Positions 33,888 through 45,457 of a DNA stretch of 64,000 nucleotides are shown one piece after another. Under the pieces are notes generated by a model. The model was not told the DNA's origin. It saw only the letters and a list, made by a program, of their open reading frames with translations, and did no database searches. Both the position numbers and the translations under genes were made by a program. Where the stretch lies: the NCBI GenBank assembly GCA_002811645.1, contig PDIP01000053.1, positions 48,037 to 112,036 on the forward strand, written 5' to 3'. Numbering within the stretch: the first letter of the stretch is position 1; each line of letters opens with the position of its first letter. Origin of the DNA: Corallochytrium limacisporum Hawaii. Taxonomy: Eukaryota; Protista; Pluriformea.

Positions 33888-35351
33888 TTAGATTTGGAGC
33901 ATGCCTTCTAGTGCCTCGTCATCATCGGCCGGTACCTCCTTGATCGCGATGCCGAAGTACTTCTCGAGATCACGCACGACTCTCTTGTCATCCGGAGAGT
34001 GCACAAAATTGATGGCGACACCGCGGTGTCCGAACCGACCGGTACGACCAATGCGATGCAGGTAAGTCTCGTAGTCAGGGCTGCCGTTCACGTCTGTGGG
34101 CGGGTCGTAGTTGATAACCACATTGACTTGCAGAATGTCAATGCCGCGGGCCAGAACGTTAGTCGTCAGTAGCACCTTGGTCTTGGCAGAGCGGAAGTCG
34201 TCGATAATTCGATCACGCTCAGCATTATCCATGTTCTTACCGTAAATCTTGCTCACGGCGTGTCCGTCCTTGGTCAGGCGATCGCTGAGGTAGTCAACGG
34301 TCCGGACCATCCGGCAGAAGATAATGACCTGTCCTATTGACACCAAACCGTAGATGTTTTCCAGCACTGAGTACTTCTCCTCTTCAGTCTTGCAGATAAT
34401 CTGGTACTGCTTGATGCCCTTAACGGTTAGCTCGGAGCGTTCCAAAGTGATCAAATTTCGGGGCTGCTTGTTGATCATGACATCCGTGAAGGAGCTCACA
34501 TCCTCGGGGAATGTGGCACTAAACAGAAGAAGCTGGACGTTCTTGGGCATGAACTTGCGGATCTTAACACACTTGTCCTTCTGACCCTGAATGCGCAGCA
34601 TTTCGTCGGCCTCATCGACGACAAAGACTTTGATGTTCTTGGGATCAAAAGTACGGAACTTCAGCCAATCCGCCAAAGATCCAGCAGTACCGACCACAGC
34701 TTGCTCCTCAGCTTGTGTTCCTTTCCGCTCCAGGCCCGAGCCGGCCACAGCCTGTGCGACCTTGACACCCATGAACTTACCCATCTCTTCAATGACCTCG
34801 GACGTCTGACGTGCCAACTCGCGAGTGGGCGACAGAACCAAAGCCTGCGGAGTGTTCTTACTCTCATCGATTCGGCTCAGTAGACCTAGAGTAAAGGCAG
34901 CAGTCTTACCTGTACCTGACTGGGATTGTGCTACCAAGTGAGTTGGTGGGTCGTTAAGGATCATGGGCAAAGCGGTTTCCTGAATGCGTGAAGGCTTGGT
35001 GAACTTCATGGCATAAATACCCTCGAGCAGCTTGGGCTTCAGGTTCAGTTGCTTGAAATCATTAACCGAATACAACGGACTGTTAGGGTCAGCTTGTTCG
35101 ACCTTAATTTCTTTACCCCAGTCAACGATACCACCATCGACCTTAGGCTTTGTCAGAGAGATGGCCTCTTCGTCCGTCTGGGGAGCATCCTTGGTATCTT
35201 CCTTCTTGACTTCTTTCTTGTCGGTCTCTCCCTTCTTGCCATTTTCAGAACCGCTGCCCGGAGATTTGACATTAAGGGCCTCAACACGAGCGTTCAGTTC
35301 CTGCTCCGTGGGTGACTCGTCAGCCCACGAGGTTACCTTGGGATCTGCCAT
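33888..35351 (-). CDS. DDX19: DEAD-box mRNA export helicase Dbp5/DDX19
   Basis: ADPNSPLYS, AQSQSGTGKT, DEAD, SAT and YLHRIGRTGRFG. Confidence 0.95.
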   Translation of the reverse strand: MADPKVTSWADESPTEQELNARVEALNVKSPGSGSENGKKGETDKKEVKKEDTKDAPQTDEEAISLTKPKVDGGIVDWGKEIKVEQADPNSPLYSVNDFKQLNLKPKLLEGIYAMKFTKPSRIQETALPMILNDPPTHLVAQSQSGTGKTAAFTLGLLSRIDESKNTPQALVLSPTRELARQTSEVIEEMGKFMGVKVAQAVAGSGLERKGTQAEEQAVVGTAGSLADWLKFRTFDPKNIKVFVVDEADEMLRIQGQKDKCVKIRKFMPKNVQLLLFSATFPEDVSSFTDVMINKQPRNLITLERSELTVKGIKQYQIICKTEEEKYSVLENIYGLVSIGQVIIFCRMVRTVDYLSDRLTKDGHAVSKIYGKNMDNAERDRIIDDFRSAKTKVLLTTNVLARGIDILQVNVVINYDPPTDVNGSPDYETYLHRIGRTGRFGHRGVAINFVHSPDDKRVVRDLEKYFGIAIKEVPADDDEALEGMLQI

Positions 35352-36378
35352 CTTTGACTATTGTTCTTTAACAACGCCGGAGACCGCAAAGCTTGTTTTC
35401 GCCCGATGAACGTCGTGCATGAAGATGAAGCTATGCACAGATAGATGTGATGTATGTTTCCTTCAAATAGCATACTACAAGTTTACTTGGATGGTTGACG
35501 TGGTCAACTGCCATGCTAGCCTCAACTTTTCTGCTCGCGGCGTAGTCGTTTCTCGCTCCAAAAAGGCGCTCCTTCTTTCCTTCCCCCTTCCCAGCGCCTC
35601 CTATTCCGGGTACTTTTGGCTTGGCATTTGGATTGGGAGGGGGCCTCCCGCCCGATTTCCAAGGCAGAGGACGGTCTCCATTGCAGCGCTCCGGGTGGTC
35701 ACTCTCTCCTCCCTCCCTTTGCGAAGCGCTTCTCTCCCCGGTCCCTCTACTCACTCGACTTTGTCCCCCCCCCCTCCCTTTTCCAACCCTAACCCTCCTC
35801 CTCCTTCTTCCCGCTGGCTGGCTCACGAAGAAAAGGCAAACATAGCTGGCCAAAACACTTTTTATTTCCTTTCCTTTTAAAAATTCAGTATATATTTACT
35901 TCGCTATATATAATATTATATACCCTTTTTTAAAAATAAAGTATATTAATTTACAAGTTTCCGTCTTCACTCTACCACGCGGTAGGGGCAGAAGGGAGCA
36001 ATTTACTGAGGGGGGACGAGGCTTTGGTAGTTGATTCCATAGGGAACCCTATGAAAAACTTGCCTGGCCGGTCTGCTCTCGTGAACGAAGGGGAGCGGGC
36101 CACCCATGCGCCGGGCAACAAAACCCTCCTGGTGCACTACTAGTGCTTGGGTCAACGTGAGTGCATGCGTGTGCGACCTGCGGGTCAAGTGGGTGTTCGC
36201 GTGTGTATCACCAGAAATTCACGCAGAAGATCCAACTGGTTTAGCTTCGCTTTCTAGCGATTACGGACCCACACAACTGGTTGTGGAGTGAACATTGGGA
36301 TCGACCATGCGGTTCTAGTAGGTATTTTTGAGGGGACGTGCACGATGCATGAAGGGTAGTTACTGGATTACTCAACTT

Positions 36379-36456
36379 GTAAGTCTTTACAGGGTCAAAC
36401 TATCAAACGGCAGTGAGGCTTGGAGTGTATTGTCCAAGCTGAGCCAATCTTTATAG
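36379..36456 (+). other. Possible 5'UTR intron of SNU13 (78 nt)
   Basis: GTAAGT donor and CTTTATAG acceptor at the window's typical intron length. Branch point is weak. Confidence 0.35.
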
Positions 36457-36510
36457 CAAACTTCATCAGCAAGCAACGGGAACATTAGTTCATTCTAATA
36501 ACGGGAAATC

Positions 36511-36891
36511 ATGCCGGAAGCTAACCCCAAGGCCTATCCCCTGGCTGACCAGAGCCTGTCCACCAAGGTACTCGACCTTGTTCAGCAGGCCGCCAACTAC
36601 AAGCAGCTGCGTAAGGGAGCCAACGAAGCCACCAAGGCTCTCAATCGTGGCTATGCAGAGTTCATTATCCTGGCTGCCGACACGGAGCCTCTGGAGATTT
36701 TGCTCCACTTGCCCCTGCTGTGTGAGGACAAGAACATTCCCTACGTCTTCGTGCCCTCTCGCATGGCTCTGGGTCGCGCCTGCGGTGTCTCCCGCAGCGT
36801 CATCGCCTGTGCTGTTACCTTCGGCGAGGGCTCTCAGCTCGGTCCTCAAATCAAGACCGTCCGCGGTGAGATTGAGCGCCTGTTGATCTAA
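36511..36891 (+). CDS. SNU13: Snu13/15.5K kink-turn binding protein
   Basis: [25 protein letters not shown] and [34 protein letters not shown]. Confidence 0.97.
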   Translation: MPEANPKAYPLADQSLSTKVLDLVQQAANYKQLRKGANEATKALNRGYAEFIILAADTEPLEILLHLPLLCEDKNIPYVFVPSRMALGRACGVSRSVIACAVTFGEGSQLGPQIKTVRGEIERLLI

Positions 36892-36986
36892 AGAAACAAA
36901 TCGCAAGCCTCAAACATATGGCAAATACATCTTAATCATGGGTTTTCATTGATACGTTAGAGAGACTGTGTAATGATTCGACTTTT

Positions 36987-37607
36987 TTATGCTACCTCAC
37001 GCAACCGCCGCAGTTGCTCCTCAAGCCGCTTCTCTTCCTCTTGCTCCTCCTCAGTGGCGAGAATCTTCTGACCGGGCTGGGCCTCAGAGAGGGCATCGTG
37101 AACTTCCATACCCTGTTCATCTGCAACTTGCTGCAGCAGTTGTGCAACCTGGTCTTCAGGTACCGTTGATGACATGGCAGCGCCCATGGAATCCTCCATG
37201 ACCTTGGTCTGTACGTCAAGGGTCTCGAACTGTTGCTCAAACTTATCCATGGTTACGCCTACCTTTTCCAAATCCATCTGTTTCAATGCTGTGTCCATTG
37301 ACGTTACCACGCCGCTCATTTGTTTTGTTAATTGATTCATGGCAATGGCGGTCTGTACCCTGGCTGCCACAGCGTCCACACGAGAAGACATTCGCAAAAA
37401 GTTCAGAGACTCATTCTTTTTACGAATGGCATTCTCGGCATAAATCCGCGCTCCCTCCACATTTCCCTGTTCCAGGGCCTTCTTGATATTTGCCTTCTCC
37501 CGTTTCTCGTCCGCTTCTGCTTTGGCGCTCAACTTTTGCAGCTGCTTGGATGAGAACTTGAGATTGAACAGCTGTTCCGTGGGGTCTTTCCGGCGAAACC
37601 ACGACAT
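36987..37607 (-). CDS. CHMP1: ESCRT-III subunit CHMP1/Did2/Vps46
   Basis: LFNLKFSSKQL, GARIYAENAIRKKNE..NFLRMSSRVDAVA and a C-terminal MIM1 (LEEQLRRLR). Confidence 0.95.
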   Translation of the reverse strand: MSWFRRKDPTEQLFNLKFSSKQLQKLSAKAEADEKREKANIKKALEQGNVEGARIYAENAIRKKNESLNFLRMSSRVDAVAARVQTAIAMNQLTKQMSGVVTSMDTALKQMDLEKVGVTMDKFEQQFETLDVQTKVMEDSMGAAMSSTVPEDQVAQLLQQVADEQGMEVHDALSEAQPGQKILATEEEQEEEKRLEEQLRRLREVA

Positions 37608-38054
37608 AGTCGAGTCTTTCGTATTGTTTATTTCCTTATTTTCGCGTTTTCACCTGGTCTCTTTCATGTGCACGTCGTTTGTCAACTTGATAGATGCAAG
37701 CAGAGGTCATGAGAAGAGCACTCTACAATACTCTTAGTCGTGTTTGTTTATGTACCAGCCGATCTGCAAGAAAATTCTTGCACTGTGTAGTAGACGAATT
37801 TTTCTTCACGTCCCAAGTAGCCTCCCACCCCACCTAGGAAGACCTGCCTTCTATGGCACTGGCTGCCTGCCCGGAGGAGGAGCCTCGGTAGGGAGGGGGG
37901 GTCCCAGTCAACCAAAGGCCAATGGTGACCAATTGGCATCATTGACGGTGCTTTGATCCGTGTGGTGCATAAAAACGAATCCTGAGTACGTAAAGGAAGA
38001 ATGGGAAAACAATATAATGCTATGATGTTATATGATATTACGTTGCTAGTCAGC

Positions 38055-39044
38055 TTAGTCAAGTTCAACGTCCGGACGCAGGAGCCGTTCTTCAATGCGA
38101 CGAATGTTGTCTTCGTCCTCATCAGAAATTTCATCGCTCATCTCTAGGTGGTTCTTACCGCACTTCGAGGAGCAAAGATAACGTTGGAACGGGACATGAA
38201 ATTTGCCACAGAAATCGACGAAGTCGACTTGGTTCACACTCTGACGGAGACAAATTTCCGCGCACTCGGGGTTCTGGCACGGCCGTGCCATGTGTAGGAT
38301 CTTTTTAAGGTGCACAGGCACCGGCAGGGAATCAATATCACGACCTTCAGTCTCAGCTATTGACCAGACAGCTCGTCCAGCGAGCTCAAAAAGAGAAGCG
38401 GCCTCGTACCCCTGATTGATGAATTCGCGCACTAGGGGATTGTTTCGCAAGGACATATTCTCAAGACTGCGGAGCCTGAGCAAGTTGGAGGGCAACATGC
38501 GCAACTCATTATCGTTCACCAATAGCGAAACCAAACTCTCAGCTTCTGCAAGGGAGATAGGGAGCTCAGTCAGTCGGTTCTCGCTCACATTCAGTACTTC
38601 TAGGCTGCGCATTCTACCAATGCTATCAGGAAGGTGGGTTAAGTGATTGCCACCAAGGTAAAGCACTTTCAGGTTCTGTAGCCGATCAATATCCACCGGC
38701 AAGTGTGTAATTTGGTTCCCGCCGAGGTGAAGCTCTTCCAAATTCTCAAATTCCAAAAGCATGTCTGGAACCTCTGTAAAATTGTTTCCCGCCAGATTGA
38801 CCTTTGTGACCCGGTCACGAAGGTCCCGGAAAGTTTCCGGAAGTTCTGTCAGATCGTTTTCACATAGGTTCACCTCCGTAAGGAAAGGGAACCGATCAAA
38901 CACATCGCTTAACTGTGCGATAGACAAGTCCGACAAGTCCAACGACTCAACAGTCTGGAGCTCCCCCCAATTGATCTTACTGTTGTTCTGGGCGTCTTCA
39001 GCTGGTGCAAAGACCAAACGCACCGACGAGCGTAGCGTCTGCAT
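38055..39044 (-). CDS. LRRC58: Leucine-rich repeat protein 58 (LRR + BC-box + Cys-rich tail)
   Basis: About 8 LRRs, LSLRNNPLV, SLFELAGR (BC-box-like), C.NPEC and VDFCGKFHVP...YLCS..C. Confidence 0.88.
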   Translation of the reverse strand: MQTLRSSVRLVFAPAEDAQNNSKINWGELQTVESLDLSDLSIAQLSDVFDRFPFLTEVNLCENDLTELPETFRDLRDRVTKVNLAGNNFTEVPDMLLEFENLEELHLGGNQITHLPVDIDRLQNLKVLYLGGNHLTHLPDSIGRMRSLEVLNVSENRLTELPISLAEAESLVSLLVNDNELRMLPSNLLRLRSLENMSLRNNPLVREFINQGYEAASLFELAGRAVWSIAETEGRDIDSLPVPVHLKKILHMARPCQNPECAEICLRQSVNQVDFVDFCGKFHVPFQRYLCSSKCGKNHLEMSDEISDEDEDNIRRIEERLLRPDVELD

Positions 39045-39664
39045 TTCCTCTACACTAATGATATTATCAGCTTCACACGCGTTCTTGTATGACCCAACTA
39101 TTTCGATTCGTTATAGCCCTTGCTGTTTTACGTTATTCAAATTGGGAACGATCTTCCTAGGGCATCATGACTAAGTGGGTAATACAACGTAAGTTGTGGT
39201 CTACTTACCACATGCATTTCAGTCCTTCTCAAAATACCAGCAAGTTCGATGTCTCGTATGATTCCTACCACTAACCACACCATACCGTCAACATCAAACT
39301 TTTCCAAGAAACGCTGCGTTCGGACCCGTCATACTGGGACGCAACAACGCATTTTACATTCCATTATCGTACTTGCTCAAGCCACCACCACCACTGCTCT
39401 CAAGAAAAACTCCCATCTATTGCTTGGCCAAGTGATTATAGCTCGGGTCACCCAATGGACTACTGACCCGAGACACCAACCCGTCGTCCCCAAGACCACC
39501 GTCCGCCCCACTGCCCCGGCACTCCCCCCCTTCATTCGAAAATTTCCATACCCCTATTTCCTCCCCATCCTATCCCGCACCATATAAACTATATGGGTCG
39601 TTGGGGAGGGTTTGCCGCAATATCGTGCGGGTATTGGCCAAGAGGGGGGGGTGGCAGTGGGGCG

Positions 39665-39883
39665 NNNNNNNNNNNNNNNNNNNNNNNNNNNNNNNNNNNN
39701 NNNNNNNNNNNNNNNNNNNNNNNNNNNNNNNNNNNNNNNNNNNNNNNNNNNNNNNNNNNNNNNNNNNNNNNNNNNNNNNNNNNNNNNNNNNNNNNNNNNN
39801 NNNNNNNNNNNNNNNNNNNNNNNNNNNNNNNNNNNNNNNNNNNNNNNNNNNNNNNNNNNNNNNNNNNNNNNNNNNNNNNNNNN
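39665..39883. other. Assembly gap
   Basis: N run between G-rich tracts. Confidence 1.
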
Positions 39884-41764
39884 NGGGGGGGGGTTGGGGA
39901 GGGGGAGGGTGGTTGGTGTCGGACAATAAAAAAATCCTTCTCGACGGCAAACCTCAGGTGATAAGGCCTTGCTGAGGGAGGGGAGGAGGGGAGGGGAAAG
40001 GCTTGGGGGCATTGTGGATGGGAACATGTGTTCTCCCCACCTTGTGGACACATCAATTGATTCTCAAGACACTCCTCTTTCCGGCACGTGGGTCACCGAT
40101 TAATTCAATTCATTATACAATATATTTGACAGAACCTTCGACCGACACTGGGGAAGCAAGGAGTATCACCGATCAACCCACATCTCTCTCCCAGGTCGAC
40201 TACCTAGCATCCATCCACGGCAAAACCTGAGTGATTCGGTTTCTTTTTCCTGCTCTCGCGTGTACGTCAGTCCGATTTCGGTCCTCACGCCATCGCTCGC
40301 GGGTTTTGATAATGAGCGTACTGAACCTAATTGTGACCAAGGTTGGGAGGGGGCCAATTTTTTTCTCTGCGGCAAAAAAACGATGGTTTTTCTGGACCAG
40401 GATTAGTCACCACCGTCGGCGAGGTAGTGCGAAGACGGTCGCGGACCAGTCTCGGCCGTAGAATTACAGGTGCGGAGTGATCTGCTTATCTGCCGACAAG
40501 CATTTGTGGCTGCCTAGTACTAAATATATTCTTTCATGATCAGCAGATGGAGGTGTACTGAACATCATCGTTCTGCACGCTGGTTGGACTGCCGGCAAAG
40601 CGCCTCCGGCCCAGCACCAAGTCACTGTGATTGTCCCATTTTTTTGCTTCTTTTCCTATGACGGGGCTACCAACTTTTCTTTTTTCCAAATGGTTAACTC
40701 CTCCTCCCCTCCCCTCTCCTCCTTCTCTTCTCTTCGCTTTTCCTCTTGAGAACAAAAAGCAAAAAAAGTTAAAAAAAAACCAGGGCAGGGAACAACACAT
40801 CACTCAACACCAACACATCCCCCCCCATCTCTCCACCAAGTTTCGGAATTCATCGCGTGAACATTTAGACGTCTAACTCGTACTCAATGATCGCCATTTA
40901 TTTTATTTCCCTATTGAATATACTTTGGTATTTCGAGGTCAAATACATCCCAACCGTAAACACGGAGATTAACCCCATGGTTAATGTACCCGCAGAAGAG
41001 AAAACGGGAGAACCCCAAACACGGCGCTTTCGGTACGGCCTGACCTCCTCCCACTATGGCCCTACAGCAGGTTAGTGATGTAGCACCGTGCTTAGGAAAA
41101 GCCATCGCTGCGGTTGCTGATTGGCTTATTTTAAAATATTCCGTATAACTAAAAATTGACCCACGCGTTCATAGTCAACGTACCGTAGATTGCTTAGGGT
41201 GCTACATTGAGTATAGAAAAAAGGCGGATGGAAGGGGGGGGGCCTTCTGAGTTCTGAACTGGGCTTGGTGGGGGTTTTTCATTCTCCCCCCTCTCCCCCC
41301 AGGGCACCAAGCACTCGGGGTATAGAAACGGGCCTCACCTGTTGCCAGTTTGGTGATTGTGGGGACACCAGGATCCGTTGACCCGCAGTCCATACCCTTT
41401 GACACGTCGTAGCGGGCCAGGCAATTTTAAAAAGCCCTGGTTGTCCAAATTATCCAAAGGCACACTCTTGTGTTTCAAAAGAACTAGGCCGAAGAGCTCA
41501 AAGATACTACATTAGTCAAAGGTTTCGTTTGATGCATCTTCATTGATATGATACCAAGGCCTGACGAACCCCACCCCCCGGTGTGAGGTCTGTACTCAGG
41601 TGGGCACCTAGATTTCGGCCCGGAGTCTTTTTTGTGTGTATGAGTATTTTGGTATTCTTTATTGATTTCACATGTCATAGTCTATGTAAAAGATTAAAGT
41701 CTGAAATTGAAGGGGACTGAAAACATGATCCTATGGTCCTAAGTGGTGTGCTCTGAGAACCTAC

Positions 41765-44700
41765 CTACTTGGCATTCATCTTGACTACTCCAGTCCACTG
41801 AGGGCCGGGATCTTCCAGGATCAACTTCTCGGCCAGCTTGATGTGGCGCTGGACAATTGGGTCATTAGGACGCATACGCTGGCACTCCTTGAGCATCTTC
41901 AGAGCGCGCGTGAACTCGCGCTGATCGAACATGTACTCCACAGCACGGGAGTACATTTCAGCCCACCGTTCGGCATCGTATTCCTCGACATCACGGTCCA
42001 CCAGTTCAAACAGCTGAACACACTCTGCCTTACCCTTGACGGCCACCTTGTCGAGACGACGGAAGATCATAGCCGGTTCGGACTGGCTGTAGGTGCTGTA
42101 AGAACACAAAATGCTTGTGCCCCAGCGTTTGTTGATGCCGGTGATGCGACTAGCCAGGTTGACTGTGTCACCGAGGGCGGTGTAGTTGAAGCGACTAGTA
42201 GCACCAAAGTTGCCGATGAGCACAGGGCCCGTCGCAATGCCAATGTTGACACTGATAGGCAAGAAGTCTAGCAAGCCAGGGCACTGCAGTAGCCACTCTT
42301 TTTGCTTCCGTTTCACCATAGCGTCAATGGCCAGAGCAACCTGACAGGCCGCCAGAGCGTGACGCCTGTTGGGCAGGGGCGCGTTCCAGAAGGCCATCAC
42401 AGTCGTACCCATGTACTTGTCGACTGTTCCTGGCTTGCGGCCATCAGCGATGATCATGGAAACTTCCTGGAGATATAGGTTGAGGAACACGTTGAACTCC
42501 AGAGGGTCCAATGCCTTTGTGATCTCGGCTGCATTCTTCAAGGATACAAACATGACAGTCATCTCGTGTTGTTGAGAAGCCACAACAGCCTGCCGATTTA
42601 GAGCCACCAGGGCCCAAATAATATCGCGAGGGACATACATTTGCAAGGTCCGCAGGTAGAAGCGCAAATCGAAAAGAGCGTCGTTGATGCGCTCGAATTC
42701 AAGAATAGCACTTGGTCTGCTACGGCGACCCTTGGGTTCCTTGAAGTTCATGTTAGAGATACGCGCCAGCTGCTGGCTGACCTTACCCAATCCACGGGTA
42801 AGTGCAAATGTGGCAGCACTCGTTAGCAGAATACTCAGTACAGCGGCAGTCACCATGGCTGTCGCGATTTCTCTGTACTGGTCGTTCACCTCATCGTCGA
42901 ATTCAACCTTGTTCTGAACGAGAACCAGGCCCCAATTGAGACCCACACCGTCGGGGGCAGTAAAGCTTGAGTACGACACGAGGAAAGTGTCGTCACCCTT
43001 GAGGGGCCGGGCAAGTTGCACATCCAAGTCTGACCAATTCAAACACTCGCCACGAGTGCTGTTATTGGCAAACTCCTCGGCAGAGCATCCCAGTAAGAAC
43101 TCTGCGGACTCCTGAATCAGTCCACACGCTTGCACGTGGGACTCCGAGCAGAGACTGGGGTTGAATTCAATTGCCTGGGGCGCGTCAGTGGTCCAGGAGT
43201 TGTAGTACTCTTTCTGATCAGTGAGCGGCGCACTAACACCAAGGACATTACCTGCGTAGCAGGGCCTCTCCGTAGTGTTACCATTCTCATCTGTGGTGGT
43301 ATTGCCACGGATGTCATTTGCGCAGTCCGTAGCTACCACAATGTAAGCAATGCCACGCACATCAGCACTATTCTGCAGAGCCGTGCCACCCACAACGCAG
43401 CTTTCGTCATCCGCCGATCCGCTAAGGTCGGCAATAGCGCCAGCACTGTGCAAGATGTTGTTCAGATTGGACAGGGCCAGATCAGCGCCTCCGACACCTC
43501 TCAACTCACCATTTTGTTGGTAGACAGGCTTTGCCACCGTGATTCCAGGCACGTTGGTACCATCAGGCGAGTCAGTGTCTGCAAAGTCATAGATATTTGA
43601 CCACACAGATACCACATTGGCGTTCAAGACGGAGGTCTGGGTCGCCACAGCATCAATATACCAAGGACGCTGAGTGAGAGTAAAGTTGGCGTCTCCTTGG
43701 CCGTTGCCTTCCTCAATAAGGCTGCAGTTGGCCGCATTTGGTGAGTAGAACATACAGTCCTCCGGAATACTGTAGCTTGAAATGACTGATACGCCATCAG
43801 GGGTCTCTTCAGTGATACTCAGGACGGTTTCGTAGGCAAGACGGTTGTTGTCGTCCCTGGCCCGGGTCTCGCCATCATCCTCATAGACGGGATTGAAACC
43901 AGCGCCAGTAAATGCCTCAAATTCAGTGTAGCCAAAGTACAGCAACTCAATGGTCTCTGATTCATCAAAGAAGTCTGCTGAATAGGTAACAAAGTCACCA
44001 TTTTGACCGGACGTACAACCGTCCAGAAGTTCAACGATCTCAAAGTCGTAAAGATCACTTCCATACTGCAGATATGTCCGGGCAATGTGTGTTAACTCCA
44101 GACGAAGCAGTCCATCCTGGAAAGTCTCGTCGTATTCTTCCTGAGTCTGGGGTTCCTCTGGAGTGTAGCCACCAACGAAGGTCTGGGCCAAGTGGTTCAC
44201 GGCCAACGCGCGTGTTCCCAAAGCCAACTGGATTGCGAGAATGACATCGGCAGTGAAGAAGAATGATTGAATCTCCACAGCAGCCACACCAGCTTCGTTG
44301 GCTTCGGTCCTAATGGCCTGCAATGAAATGAGGAAGAAAACAAAGAAGAGGATAAGCAAAAACATAAGTACCCACACAAATAGTGGGAAACGGCACCTTA
44401 TGTAGTGCCTGAACCTCAGCTTTGTGCGTCCTGCAAAAGTATTGCGCAGTTGCAGTTCAGTGATGGTCTTCTGCAGCGACGCATCCACAGCTTCGCCGTC
44501 CGTACCCGACGGAACCACCAAACTCTTTGACAAATGAAGCATTTCAGTGATAGTTAGTTCATCGTCCAATACATCGCGCTTGGCACGAATGGCTCCGTGT
44601 GTACTACCGGTACCCAACCAGTTGGCAAAGAAAGTTCGCTTCGCCTTTTCCACACTGTCCATAGACGTACCACTGCTCAAGGTTTGCGTATCGGCAGGTG

Positions 44701-45310
44701 ATCCTGATCCATCTGTGTCATCCATGGCCATATTCCGTCGTTTATGTGCCAAAATATTCAGCATATGTTCATCTACTGCCGAGGGACGAGAAAGTCGTCC
44801 AGATTCCGGATCATCTATCCGTCCGTTTCGTGTCATTTCGAAGCTTTCCTTTCCTTCACTCGGTACCAGCAAAGCTAATGAACCCATTCTACTAGGGTCA
44901 TCAAGTGTGCGAGGCGTTGTTGTTGTGTCTTCTCCCGATCCAGATCCAAAAGAATTCCGTACTAGTCCATTCTGCCCTACGCTACTCCGTGGTTGAGATA
45001 ATGATCCCGTTGGTGATGTGTCCAGCGCTTCACCTTCCAAAAAGGTACCGTCTTCATCCAAAACAACTAATGAGGTAGGAATATTCATTGCCCTCTGCGG
45101 CACTGTTCCGTCCGCAAAACTAACTCTGAGAGGCTGCTGTGTACGTGCTGTGCTAGTGTCCGAAGGCATGTCCATTGGTAATGACATACCACTGGCTATC
45201 CGCATCATTGCTGCGTCATTGCTGCTATTGCTATCCGAACTGTTTCTTGTCGGCTGCCCGCGGTTACGACCGTTGTAGCCGAGTGGATTCTGATTTTCAT
45301 TTCCACTCAT
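41765..45310 (-). CDS. Receptor-type class III nucleotidyl cyclase (TM-Cache-TM-HAMP-cyclase-TPR-like), catalytically degenerate
   Basis: Two TMs, dCache motifs (QRPWY, WSNIY, GITVAKPVY, GVGGADL), HAMP-like linker, GIATG.V.IGNFG...RFNYTALGDTVNLASR and bacterial-style C-terminal P..WTGV. Confidence 0.88.
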   Translation of the reverse strand: MSGNENQNPLGYNGRNRGQPTRNSSDSNSSNDAAMMRIASGMSLPMDMPSDTSTARTQQPLRVSFADGTVPQRAMNIPTSLVVLDEDGTFLEGEALDTSPTGSLSQPRSSVGQNGLVRNSFGSGSGEDTTTTPRTLDDPSRMGSLALLVPSEGKESFEMTRNGRIDDPESGRLSRPSAVDEHMLNILAHKRRNMAMDDTDGSGSPADTQTLSSGTSMDSVEKAKRTFFANWLGTGSTHGAIRAKRDVLDDELTITEMLHLSKSLVVPSGTDGEAVDASLQKTITELQLRNTFAGRTKLRFRHYIRCRFPLFVWVLMFLLILFFVFFLISLQAIRTEANEAGVAAVEIQSFFFTADVILAIQLALGTRALAVNHLAQTFVGGYTPEEPQTQEEYDETFQDGLLRLELTHIARTYLQYGSDLYDFEIVELLDGCTSGQNGDFVTYSADFFDESETIELLYFGYTEFEAFTGAGFNPVYEDDGETRARDDNNRLAYETVLSITEETPDGVSVISSYSIPEDCMFYSPNAANCSLIEEGNGQGDANFTLTQRPWYIDAVATQTSVLNANVVSVWSNIYDFADTDSPDGTNVPGITVAKPVYQQNGELRGVGGADLALSNLNNILHSAGAIADLSGSADDESCVVGGTALQNSADVRGIAYIVVATDCANDIRGNTTTDENGNTTERPCYAGNVLGVSAPLTDQKEYYNSWTTDAPQAIEFNPSLCSESHVQACGLIQESAEFLLGCSAEEFANNSTRGECLNWSDLDVQLARPLKGDDTFLVSYSSFTAPDGVGLNWGLVLVQNKVEFDDEVNDQYREIATAMVTAAVLSILLTSAATFALTRGLGKVSQQLARISNMNFKEPKGRRSRPSAILEFERINDALFDLRFYLRTLQMYVPRDIIWALVALNRQAVVASQQHEMTVMFVSLKNAAEITKALDPLEFNVFLNLYLQEVSMIIADGRKPGTVDKYMGTTVMAFWNAPLPNRRHALAACQVALAIDAMVKRKQKEWLLQCPGLLDFLPISVNIGIATGPVLIGNFGATSRFNYTALGDTVNLASRITGINKRWGTSILCSYSTYSQSEPAMIFRRLDKVAVKGKAECVQLFELVDRDVEEYDAERWAEMYSRAVEYMFDQREFTRALKMLKECQRMRPNDPIVQRHIKLAEKLILEDPGPQWTGVVKMNAK

Positions 45311-45457
45311 CTTGACAAGATTTTGTTACCCGAGGGTACACTGTTCTTCGTCAAAGGCTTCGCTTGTTCAGTGATTTAAAAAATTGTTCACCCAAGGATC
45401 CCAATATTATTTATGTATCTTCACCCATGTCTATTAATTTCGAAATCTGTTTTCATT

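Noticed and set aside
41075-41120. Box C/D snoRNA-like GTGATG...CTGA
   Set aside because: Imperfect C box, too short, and no identifiable rRNA guide.
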